Origin: Marsupella aquatica | Lineage: Eukaryota; Plantae; Marchantiophyta | DNA: 64,000 nt | Direction of reading: 5' to 3' | Assembly: GCA_973895155.1 (NCBI GenBank) | Contig: OZ316897.1 | Coordinates: forward strand, 1,204,515-1,268,514 | Shown: one piece after another, positions 36,701 through 46,714 of the stretch | Layout of the letters: each line of letters begins with the position of its first letter | Position numbering within the stretch: position 1 is the stretch's first letter | The notes under the pieces: generated by a model | Database searches by the model: none | What the model saw: the letters and a program-made list of their open reading frames with translations, nothing else | What the model was told of the DNA's origin: nothing | Made by a program: the position numbers and the translations under genes

Positions 36701-39252
36701 GGGTTCAGAATTGCAGGAAGGGAGCATTATTCCTAAAACTTGATTTTGAGAAAGCATTCGGCAGGGTTAACCACGAGTATCTCTGGGAGTCTATGTTGCT
36801 GTTGGGATTTAGTAGTAGGATTGTGAACATAGTTAAAGCCTTGTTCTCTAATGCCAGCTCTTGAGTACTAGTCAATGGCTTTCTTAGTAAATCTCTTTTG
36901 ATGTGCTGGGGGGTGAGGCAGGGATGTCCTCTCTCCCCTCTTCTATTTGTGATTTCTACCCAACCTCTCATGGATTTCTTGGATGCTGAGCTTGCGGCTG
37001 GTCGACTTGCTGGTATCCACGTTTTAGATGTGCTTACAGTGTGCTACAGATTGTTTGTTGATGATGTGGGGATGTTCATCCCTGCAACAGAGGAAGCGTT
37101 TAGGGATGCTACTACGGCTTTGTCATGTTATGAAAGTGCATCTGGTGTTTGGTTGAACTTACGAAAATCTGTTATCATCCCACTTGCTTTGGACCTAATT
37201 CCAGACTGGCTCAAGGCTACAGGCTGCAAGATTAGTGGGCAAGGTGAAGTGCAAAAGTATCTGGGTGCTCCATTTGGTATTCCTGGGGAAATTTTTAACT
37301 TTATAAATTGGGCCGCGAAAAGCCCCAAGGCAAGGGCAGGTATTGGACTCTCAGTGGGTAATTTACATCGCTTTTGCCTGGATAAGGTTGCTGCCCGCTT
37401 GTCCTCTTGGTCAAATAAGTTGTTGTCCTTCACAGGTCGGACACTGCTGGTGAAACATGTGCTAATGGCAATACCTATATATCATGTAATGTATATGAAG
37501 GCCTCAGAGGGGCTGGCAAAGAAACTGATTGCGGTGTGTAGGGATTTTCTATGGGGTTATAATCCTGAGGGCGGGAAGAAGATTCCGCTGGTGGCCTAGG
37601 ACAAGATGGCTCGCCCTAAGGTGGATGGCGGACTGGGGTTTCGTGACTTTAGAACTCACTCTGATGCGTTACTTACTCAGTGGTTTATGAAGGCCTTGGA
37701 CTATCCCAACACGGAATGGGTTGGCATGCTTGCTGCTAATCTGAGTCTTATTGGATGGCTGTATTTCAGGGTGATTAGGCGAAATCACTACACATTTGCA
37801 GATAAGTTGCTTTTATGTACTCCAAGATCTTGCTGCGGTCTGACATACACTTCAAGGGGAATCTGGAAGGCCTAGGAGGCTTTGAGAGCAAATCTTTCCT
37901 TTGTCCCAGGGACTGCGGGCTTTCCTGGGAGATGGAGTATACAGGACGCATTACACTGTACACCCCGCTGTACACATCGCTTTAACACTTGGCCTTCGGC
38001 ACACACAGAGTTCACTGTGGAAATCTGTGGGAGGCTTGGGATACGGGTGATAGCCGGCTGCTGGAATGCTGAGGCGCACCAATGGAAGGACTTTTCTGGC
38101 AGATGGTGTTTGCTTTGAGGGTGGGCGCTGGCTCATAGGGACACATGCCATCAGTTTCTACTTGTGATTGGCAGGGGGCGCTGCTGCAATGGTGGGCTGG
38201 TGTCGGGTGCTCGCTGTTGGCGTTGGCTTGAGATGGGGGTTCCACTAAAGAGGTTTACAATTCCTAACAAACACGCATACCAACTTCTAAGACCTAAGGG
38301 CTCGGACTACCAAAGTTGGAACAGGATTTGGCTCACCAACTGGTTGGAGGAGGAATGGGGTAAGAGATGGCGTGCTCTATGGGGTTTGGACCTGTCCACT
38401 AGAGGAAAAACCTTTCTATGGCAAATCATTGCTGGTGGCCTGTTTATGGGAGCAAGGGCCCTTACTATTGGTGCAAGTGATGGTATTTGTCGGCTATGCC
38501 CTGGGAGGTTAGAATGTATTCCTCATCTGTTCGTACACTGTGTGCATGTTGCTGAGTGCTGGAGACTGTGCTGCGATTGCTGCTTGGGAGTTTTGTTTGC
38601 ACCTGGGCAGGATCTTCTGGACAGGGTGGTGGCCTCATTTGGTCGTAGTCCATTGAGGGTGGCTCGTCTATTCCTGCTATTTCAAATTTTGTGGATGATT
38701 TGGCTGGGACATAACACACAGATGTTCAAGGAACTTGGGCGCAGATCCTTTGATGTAAGATTGGTTCTTTTTGAGACGGTTTTGCACTTGCACGGGGCCT
38801 CTATATGCTTCCCGTCAGGAAGTAAACACATTCGGCTTCTTAGGGCTAAAGAATTAATTGAAATAGAACGAACGCGCTGGTTGGTGCGTAGAGATGGACA
38901 TGTGACTTTGGGCTGATGATGCTTGGAGTAGGTTAGGCTCTTTGATTGGGTGTTGTGGCTCTTCTGGGCCTGGGCTGGGCTCACCTTGTGCTGCTCTGTA
39001 TTTTGCTTTTGGGGCTTGCCCTTGTGTTATGGCTATAGGCCATTAGGTTGCTCATGGATCTGGCTCTCGCTGTCTTTGACTGGTTGGCTAGGGTGGGGCT
39101 CTTTGCCGGGGCCGTATATGATGTCTAGGCGTGCCCTGGTTTAGGGGTGCCCTGCTGGCCTCTTGCGGGAGTTGTCCTTTTGTGTGTGCTGGTGCTGTTT
39201 GCTTCCCCCGCCGTGGGGTTTTCACAGGTTATTTCTATAAAAGAAAGAAAAA
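33794..39252 (+). mobile_element. L1-clade LINE, 5' truncated and degenerate
   Basis: ORF1 end with CFKCNLKGHLARDC; ORF2 APE (WNVCGL, LQEVK, VYAPN, GDFN, SRLDRFY), RT (KLDFEKAF, QGCPLSP, FVDD, YLG), C-terminal CRLC..HLFVHC; A-rich tail 39236-39252. Confidence 0.93.
34923..38916 (+). pseudogene. LINE ORF2 (endonuclease, RT, zinc-binding domain) with many stops and frameshifts
   Basis: Series of ORFs from 34923-35177 to 38164-38916 carrying consecutive motifs. Confidence 0.9.
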
Positions 39253-39324
39253 TTTTCCAAGGAAATGATTTTAGTAGGAGGAAATATGTATTTGTCGTGT
39301 AAATCGTTTGATAAGCAGGTGACA

Positions 39325-39514
39325 GTACAAGATCTCACAACTCTTACTAGTTTGCCGTTACTATGCAGTTTAACAATTATTGTAGACAAGTCATTCTCAT
39401 CAAAAAGCAAATCATGTACTTCTCCACTACTATCGTTAGCTACTTCATTTGAAATATCAATATTCTCAGTCAATAAAACTCTACAACCAATAGCTATATG
39501 TGTTAGTTGATGAA
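39325..39514 (-). pseudogene. Pif1-family helicase, middle piece (2B region)
   Basis: QLTHIAIGCRVLLTENIDISNEVANDSSGEV..VRVVRSCT. Confidence 0.85.
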
Positions 39515-40904
39515 TGTGGTATGGGTGTCCCTGCAATTTTTTCTGGAAACTTGTTTATTTTTAGCATATCACAAGATTTACTTACACTTTAGACACCTTC
39601 CGGCCAACATTTACTTGTTCTGGACACTTATAGAAATATTTGACATCTCCGGCTTTCCTGACGATTCCTAGTGTACTTTGCCCGACGCTGTGACCAGCGC
39701 CCGTTTCTTTTACTCAAGACGCTGCGGAAGCGTCCAACCTCCTCATGACGCTTTTGGCAGTGCCCGACCGCCACCAAGACTCTATGAGGATTTCGACCGA
39801 CGCTGTGGAAAGCGTCAGCTTCAACACACGACGCTGTGAGCAGCGTCCACCCTAGTATTGACGCTGTGAGCAGTGTGAGCAGCGTCCGTTGGTTTTACTT
39901 AAGACGCTTCTAGCAGCGTCCAGATTCTCCCGACGCTTCTAGCAGCGTCCGCTCAACACTTAGTTTTTGAAGTAGATTACTAGTAAAGTAGTATTCTACC
40001 ACCCTTGTTGAAGTACTTATGCTGTGCTTCTCCCTTGTTTAGTTTTAAGCTTGGAAAGGCACGACTGTTCTTACCTCCTCCATTTTAGGATTCCAGCACT
40101 TATAAGACAGAGTAGAATGCTCATTTGAAGTAGAGAGAAATAGAGTTAATACTGTATTCAGAATTGAGTCTTCTGAATAGTTTTCTCCTCCTTCCATTGT
40201 AACAAGGCATGCTGTGAGTGTTTTGTATGGAAGTAAAGCTATATTGATTGAAGTTAAGATTGAATTCAAGAGATTCCTGTGGTGATTGAATTCAGTTGCA
40301 GATTTCTGAAACTCGTATTGAATTCACTGCTAGGCTTGCTTGCAGAGTCGGGATTCGCTAGCCAATTCAAGAATAGTTAATGATAAATGAGAAGTAAATT
40401 CTGATTCTCAGAGTAGTTAGTACTGTTGCTTTGATTCTGGAATATGGTTTAGAGTTTGACTGAATTGCGTATCGCTGATGTCAAACCATGTTGACGGCAT
40501 TTTAAATCATATCATTCATTTGCAATCAGAAAGCTTCTGCTTCATCAGATTGAGAATTCCATTATCATTAACCTTTGTGTTTTGAAGAGTGAGATGGATG
40601 AATTATGAGATAGATTTCATGTCTATACTGAGCCCAAATCCTTTCTGAAGGAGTGGCAGTAGCAGCTTGTAGTCTCTAAATCCTTACTCATTTCTTCTCT
40701 AATTCATAAATCAGAAGTTCAGTTACTTTGTTGTTTGTTTATTCGATTTTTTTATTGAGAAGTGAAGTCAACATAGAGCTCAAGACTCTAAATCACTCGG
40801 AGTGATAAAAGTTATACAATTCATTCTGAAATCTGTTCTTAAAGGGATCGAAACCCTGGTTTTAGGTGAGGAGAGTCACTTTTGATACTTAGCACTATAC
40901 GACA
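39515..40904 (+). repeat. 5' LTR of gypsy element
   Basis: TG..CA; direct repeat at offset 7200. Confidence 0.96.
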
Positions 40905-40910
40905 TCTTTT

Positions 40911-40928
40911 TGGCGCCGCTGCCGGGGA
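40911..40928 (+). promoter_or_regulatory. Primer binding site, tRNA-Asp type
   Basis: TGGCGCCGCTGCCGGGGA, one mismatch to the Athila-type TGGCGCCGTTGCCGGGGA. Confidence 0.85.
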
Positions 40929-42122
40929 ACGAATTTAAGATTGAATTGACGTACAGGCAGTGTATGCCAGAAGGAGCTAGACGGGAGAGGAATTCACGTT
41001 CTACTATAATTGTGAAGATGCGTCATCACTCCAGTTAAAAAGATGAAGAGCTTCCATTTCGAGGTGATGCCGTACTCTATCCAAAGCGCCCCGGAAGCTC
41101 TCTTAAGAGTATTGGAAAAATTTGTGGTGCCAAACTTAAGAGAAGAAACCGCCCTCCCACCAGAAAAGGCCTCACAGAGAGGAGCTGTTGCTCGTCAAGT
41201 TGCTTTGGAGATAGTCGAAGACACCAAAGACACTTTGAGTGACAAGTGAAGTTATTCTAACGTTGCTCGGGACGTATGATTTGTAAAATTGTCCAACCAT
41301 CCTGGTTCGTGTGACCGATGCCACCTATCCGATCTTTGGGAACATTAAGAATTAGGAATTTGAGGAATCGTTATGTTAATTCTTGGGTTCTGAGCCTGAG
41401 AGGGAGGAATGGCATACATTGGTTAACTATCACCTGGTGGGAAGATGAAAGTTTGCATTTAGTAATATTAAGGCTGAATGGTAGGATCACACAGGAGTGA
41501 TATTTAGTCATTTCCATTCGGGAGTTAGCGGAAAGAATCATGCACCAGGAATTGCGTAGAAGATTAGGAAGGAGTTAGACGTCTGATTAGTAGGATGGCC
41601 TAGTGTAGCGTACCATGTGGTAAAGAAATTTCAGGGTGAAGGAAGTCGGAGATTATGGGGAACGCCCGGTTCCAGTAATCGCCACCGTAAAGGAGATAAG
41701 GAAGGACGCCGCGAAGAGCGTCCAATGCGATTCGTCCCAGAAGATTCCGCAAGTCAGGACGCTTCGAGTAGCGTCCGATCCCAGTGGACGCTGTGAGCAG
41801 CGTCCGGTGGAATCTGTGACGAACCAACGTGCGCGACGCTTCTGGTGTGCCTTTCCGCGTCTCAACCTGAAGGGCGCACCAGAGAAAACGAGGTTTTAGA
41901 ATCTCGGCTGGTCACTGAAGGGAAGTATTAGCTACGGGATAGCAAGGGGGAGGAATCATGCAAGGGATGTTGAACGACGCTACGGGAAGTCACTTTGAGG
42001 AAGCAGGTTCATATCTCCCGGAGTGGGGTGATAACGTCGCACCTAAATGGTGACTCCTTGCATAAAGACTCCTGAGGAGCGGGTCTGGTGTCTCAAAATC
42101 ACCCGTGCTTGGAGAATGAGGG

Positions 42123-45100
42123 ATGTCTGAGGGAGATCCACCGAATAAAAGAAAACCTACCAAGACCTCCAGTAATTCGGATGCTGCAAAATTAGTAGTG
42201 ACCCCTCGCACATTGTTACCCGAATTCCAGTCACCAGGAGCACCTGCACCGGGTAGTGTGTGGAAACAAGTGGGATCTATTCAAGAGGCAAGTGGCTCTT
42301 TGGAAAGGCCCACGTCGACCCGACCCCTGTTTGTAAATCTTCGTTCAGGTCCAAAACTTATTGGTTCTCAAAAGACCAAGCTCCGCCAGCAGACAGTACG
42401 TTCGGTGAACCAAATTGACTCTGGTGTGGATAGTACCACTGAGAGGGCCTTATCTCATACCGAAGGAAGAAATTTGGGTTTGCCCGAGAATACAGTTGCA
42501 GAATCGCTGGCCCAAGATAATTCTGTCGATCTTTCACAATTGGATAATCCAGAACCACTGAGTGAAGCCGGTGGTTCGTCTTCTAGTGAGACAAGCAGCA
42601 GTTCAGGCTTGGGCAGCCCAAACCCATTTGCTACCCGATCAGCTCTTCCTTTCGTTACCCTCCTAGCTCCAACCACGATGGCTCGAAATAATGTGAGGTA
42701 CGACCGGTTCTTCGGTACTTCCAAGGAGGATGCAGAGGTGTATTTGAAAGAATTTGAAGCTGCAGCTGCATCCAATGGACAGAGTCAAGACGCTGAAAAA
42801 GCCAATCTGTTTGGTGGTCTAATGAAAAAGGGTGCTCAGAAATGGTATGACCGTTTTCCGGACAAGCAGGATTGGGGGAAATTGAAGGCTGCTTTCTTGG
42901 CCAAATATAAAGAAGAAGGAGCAGCTGCGCGTGCCTTTGCCCGAATCTCACATCTGCACATGAAGAAACATGGGTCTGTGAGGAAATATGCCGACAAATT
43001 ATTGGATTTGGTAGATCAATATAATCCAGCTACCTCGAAATCTACTATCAAGGACTGGTTTATTAACGGTTTACCCTCCAGGATTGCTCGTTACGTGAGA
43101 CGAGAAGGTGGCACCACTTTGGAAGAAGTACAAGAGGCAGCCCAGAAGTACGTAGACTCGGAGATTTCAGAGAGAAAACGAGTTAAGAAGGACCTGAAGA
43201 AAGACAAAAGAAAGAAGAAGAAAACGTCCAGGTCTAAATTTGACTCGGAGACGGAATCAAGTGAAAGTAGCACTAGTGAGGAGGACGAGAGTACAAATTC
43301 GAGCACTAGTGATAGTTCAAGCTCAAGTTCCGACTCAGAATCCGTTGCTCCTAAAAAGAAGAAATCCTCTGTAAAAGGGAATAATAAAGTTCCCAACCAG
43401 AAGAAGATGGATCGCATGATGGAAGAACTCTCTGGCCAATTGTCCAAGTTGAATGTCAATATCGCCGCGGTAAAACCAGTACGAAGGTTGCCTGCTCCCA
43501 TGAGAATGAACGTATGGTGCACCCGATGCAGTCAGCAGGGCCATTACCCGAACGAGTGCCCCACATTACGAACCCCGGTGAATTATGTAGATGGTCAAGA
43601 AGAGGCTGAGGAGTATGAGTACGATCCCACGTATACCGTCCAAACAGCACCCCCTGGACAGTATTTCCCACCACCTCCTGCTTCCAGACCGACTTGGGGA
43701 CCACCTAAGCCCACTTTCAATAAACCAACGTCAAGACCACCCATGGGACCCCCGGGAGGATACCCACCACGAGGAATGCCGCGTCAAAAAGGGGCTTGTT
43801 GGAATTGTGGCCAACCTGATCATTATTCACCCCAGTGCCCTTATCCCAAACAGGAGGTGGGGTATACACCTGTCTGTGGGAACTGTGGAAAAGAAGGACA
43901 CTTACCGGTGGAATGCCCGAATCCGGCTAAGCCTAGGCTGATGGTTCGATTTGCTCAAGAGCCAGTTAAAGAAGCAAGTCGACCTGAAGCCAAGATTCGG
44001 ATGGTTTATTCTGAAGAGATGGAGCAATGCAGCTTCATTCAACATATGGATGTAAATCGGGTGGAATTAAAGCCAGATTCACTTTTTCATCAACCAGTAT
44101 CCGGGGTGGTGCCTGATGTCTTGGTAAGTCATTTAGTGAAACCTGAAGTAGTTGGTATGCCGAATGATCGAGTTCAGAATCGGGATAAAGTTCTGACTAA
44201 TATTTACGCAACTACTCGTTCGAAGAAAAAGGAGACCAAGAAGCACGAGCATCAGAAGGTCGCGAAAGCTCCCAAGGATGAAGGGCGCAAGCCATGTAAG
44301 GAAGGCCTCGACAAAGAAGACGACCCTGCTTATGACCGATATGACCCAAAATACTTCTTGCCCGACATCTCTTTGGAAGTGAAAGACCATCTGGAAGAGC
44401 TAGTTAAGGAGCAAGTGCAATCTCCTAACCCACCAGTAGTAGTCAAAGCTAAAGAGCCACTGAAAAATCCAGGTTATGATATTGTTGAAGATGTCAAGAA
44501 TCATCCTGCACATATCACCATTGGGGAATTATTACAGGACAATCCGGTTTATAGGCGACAGCTGAGGAGCCTCCTTGCAGGAAAACGGAGGAAGAAGAAG
44601 TTACCTTCTGTGGATGTGCTACGAACAGAGTGGGAGGACAAAGGACCGATGGAAATTGAGGTTCAAATCCAGGGGTGTGTCATTCGGAGAGTTCCTGTGG
44701 ATGGAGGAGCCAGCGTTAATCTGATTACACAGTCAGCAGCATTTAATTTGGGTTTCACTAAGTTTGAGCCCACTCCCAAGATTTTGCGCATGGCGGATCA
44801 GTCTCGTGTGGTACCCATAGGGAAGCTGACCAAAGTAGAAACTTTGATTGCTGGTGTCCCTTTTCTGTTGGATTATGTGGTTATTAATCCGGAAATACCA
44901 TCCAGCTTTCCTGTTTTGTTAGGCCGACCATGGTTGTATAAGGCTCAAGTTCAGGTTAATTGGCAATCTCAAGAGCTTTCATTTGGGAAGCCTAAGGTGA
45001 CTGTTAGTTGGGTTCCGGAACCACATTTTGGAGAAACACAAACAGATGATGGGTACACCTCGGATTTTTCGACCTCTTCGCTAGTCCTGCAGCCATTGGA

Positions 45101-45176
45101 ATTTGAACTGGAGGAAGTTCGTTACTTGGAAGTTTATCTGTCTGATGCTCCCATAAAACCAACTAGGCCCTCCTGA
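42123..45176 (+). CDS. gag: Gag-protease polyprotein (capsid, three CCHC knuckles, retropepsin)
   Basis: Intact 1017-aa ORF; AQKWY..WGKLKAAFL, WFINGL; three CX2CX4HX4C; VPVDGGASVN and LLGRPWL. Confidence 0.92.
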   Translation: MSEGDPPNKRKPTKTSSNSDAAKLVVTPRTLLPEFQSPGAPAPGSVWKQVGSIQEASGSLERPTSTRPLFVNLRSGPKLIGSQKTKLRQQTVRSVNQIDSGVDSTTERALSHTEGRNLGLPENTVAESLAQDNSVDLSQLDNPEPLSEAGGSSSSETSSSSGLGSPNPFATRSALPFVTLLAPTTMARNNVRYDRFFGTSKEDAEVYLKEFEAAAASNGQSQDAEKANLFGGLMKKGAQKWYDRFPDKQDWGKLKAAFLAKYKEEGAAARAFARISHLHMKKHGSVRKYADKLLDLVDQYNPATSKSTIKDWFINGLPSRIARYVRREGGTTLEEVQEAAQKYVDSEISERKRVKKDLKKDKRKKKKTSRSKFDSETESSESSTSEEDESTNSSTSDSSSSSSDSESVAPKKKKSSVKGNNKVPNQKKMDRMMEELSGQLSKLNVNIAAVKPVRRLPAPMRMNVWCTRCSQQGHYPNECPTLRTPVNYVDGQEEAEEYEYDPTYTVQTAPPGQYFPPPPASRPTWGPPKPTFNKPTSRPPMGPPGGYPPRGMPRQKGACWNCGQPDHYSPQCPYPKQEVGYTPVCGNCGKEGHLPVECPNPAKPRLMVRFAQEPVKEASRPEAKIRMVYSEEMEQCSFIQHMDVNRVELKPDSLFHQPVSGVVPDVLVSHLVKPEVVGMPNDRVQNRDKVLTNIYATTRSKKKETKKHEHQKVAKAPKDEGRKPCKEGLDKEDDPAYDRYDPKYFLPDISLEVKDHLEELVKEQVQSPNPPVVVKAKEPLKNPGYDIVEDVKNHPAHITIGELLQDNPVYRRQLRSLLAGKRRKKKLPSVDVLRTEWEDKGPMEIEVQIQGCVIRRVPVDGGASVNLITQSAAFNLGFTKFEPTPKILRMADQSRVVPIGKLTKVETLIAGVPFLLDYVVINPEIPSSFPVLLGRPWLYKAQVQVNWQSQELSFGKPKVTVSWVPEPHFGETQTDDGYTSDFSTSSLVLQPLEFELEEVRYLEVYLSDAPIKPTRPS

Positions 45177-46637
45177 CAATTAACTTCATCATCGGAAGTG
45201 GGCCCAGCAGCAGACGAACCTCCTAATACTGAGGCTAATAGGGATTTACACCATGATATGGGAGTGTCAGCTACCCTTGAGCCATTTGCACCAGAAGTAT
45301 CCAAACTTGGACTTCAGCCGGCAAACCTCACGGATGGAATTGTGGATCCAAAAGCTTGTCAGAAAATCGAAATTGAGCCAGGCAAGTTTTTGAATATTGG
45401 TAAGCATATCGAAGGAGAGCTACGGGAACAGTATATCAGTTTATTAACCCAGTATAAAGATGTCTTTGCCTGGAGTCATTCTGATTTAAAAGGTATCCAT
45501 CCACATTTGGGCGAACATCGTATTGACCTTATGGAAGGAGCAGTACCTGTCCGACAGAGACAGTACCGTTTGAATCCCAAATATTCCATCCTGGTTAAAG
45601 ACGAGTTGGACAAGCTCACGACTGCTGGATTTATCTACCCGGTCTTGAGTAGTGAATGGGTCTCACCAATTGTCATTGTCCCCAAAAAGCCGGGACCCGA
45701 TGGTAAAACGAAAATTCGCGTTTGTCAAGACTTCCGGAAGTTGAATGCTGCCACTCGGAAAGATCATTATCCTTTGCCATTTATTGATCTGGTACTTGAT
45801 TCAGTGGCCTTGCATGAGTTATACAGTTTTTTAGATGGGTACTCTGGTTATAACCAGGTGTCCATTCGGAAGGAGGATCGCGACAAGACTACGTTCACCA
45901 CCGACTGGGGTACATATGCATTTACCATGATGCCTTTTGGGCTGTGTAATGCCCCGGGTACTTTTCAGCGCATTATGATGATTATTTTTCAAGAATATTT
46001 GCGGCATTTCATGGAGATTTTTATTGACGACTTTTGTGTTTACGGGTCAGCGGCTGAACACCTCGTCCATTTGGAGAAGACATTTCAGAAGTGTAGAGAG
46101 GCTCAGTTGTGTCTTCATCCAGAAAAGTGCTTTATTGGTATGAAGGAGGGAATTTTGTTAGGCCATGTTATTTCACAACGCGGCATTGAGGTTGATACAG
46201 AGAAGGTTAGAGTAATTATGGAGTTGCAACCACCGACCGATTTAAAGCAGCTTCGTGCTTTTCTGCTCATGTGGGACATCAAAGCTACTATGGATTGTTG
46301 GAATTCTTTACCCCGTGCTTTCCAACATTCCTTTGAAGGCAAGATCAAACTGGGAGGACATGCTATTCAACACTTTGTTATTGATCCAGGCTCTCGAATT
46401 AATTTCCTCTCCCACAGACTGTGCCAGCAATTTGTTCATCAAGAAGTACAACCGATATCTGCTCAGATATCAATCGATGGACGAATCATTAATCTTTGGG
46501 GAAGAGTTAAAGGAGTCCCAATACAGATCGGAGAAGAATTCCATGACCTCGATTTTTATATTCTGGATTCGGATATCTCCCAACTCCCGTCAATGATTTT
46601 GAGCACTACTTGGATTATTAAGCCAGAATATTATTAA
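45177..46637 (+). CDS. pol: Reverse transcriptase fused to a second retropepsin-like domain, same frame as gag after one TGA
   Basis: RVCQDFRKLNAATRKDHYPLPFID, LDGYSGYNQV, MPFGLCNAP, FIDDF; after LRAFL the sequence switches to FVIDPGSRINFLS..MILSTTWI. Confidence 0.88.
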   Translation, partial: QLTSSSEVGPAADEPPNTEANRDLHHDMGVSATLEPFAPEVSKLGLQPANLTDGIVDPKACQKIEIEPGKFLNIGKHIEGELREQYISLLTQYKDVFAWSHSDLKGIHPHLGEHRIDLMEGAVPVRQRQYRLNPKYSILVKDELDKLTTAGFIYPVLSSEWVSPIVIVPKKPGPDGKTKIRVCQDFRKLNAATRKDHYPLPFIDLVLDSVALHELYSFLDGYSGYNQVSIRKEDRDKTTFTTDWGTYAFTMMPFGLCNAPGTFQRIMMIIFQEYLRHFMEIFIDDFCVYGSAAEHLVHLEKTFQKCREAQLCLHPEKCFIGMKEGILLGHVISQRGIEVDTEKVRVIMELQPPTDLKQLRAFLLMWDIKATMDCWNSLPRAFQHSFEGKIKLGGHAIQHFVIDPGSRINFLSHRLCQQFVHQEVQPISAQISIDGRIINLWGRVKGVPIQIGEEFHDLDFYILDSDISQLPSMILSTTWIIKPEYY

Positions 46638-46714
46638 TGAAGAACATGTCACTCGCTTCTGATTCAATTCGGTCATGTCTTGTGGGGACACGGCGAAATT
46701 TAAGTGGAGGGCTA

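Larger units (their letters stand above)
23625..39324. mobile_element. 15.7-kb composite insertion inside the helicase gene
   Basis: TGTGAC..GTGACA termini; TSD GTACA at 23620-23624 and 39325-39329; removal restores VVRSCT-KYKRIKNMISYQKSTFPL in frame. Confidence 0.85.

Noticed and set aside
40045-40269. 74-aa ORF duplicated at 47245-47469
   Set aside because: Lies within the LTRs; the duplication reflects LTR identity and no motif is recognised
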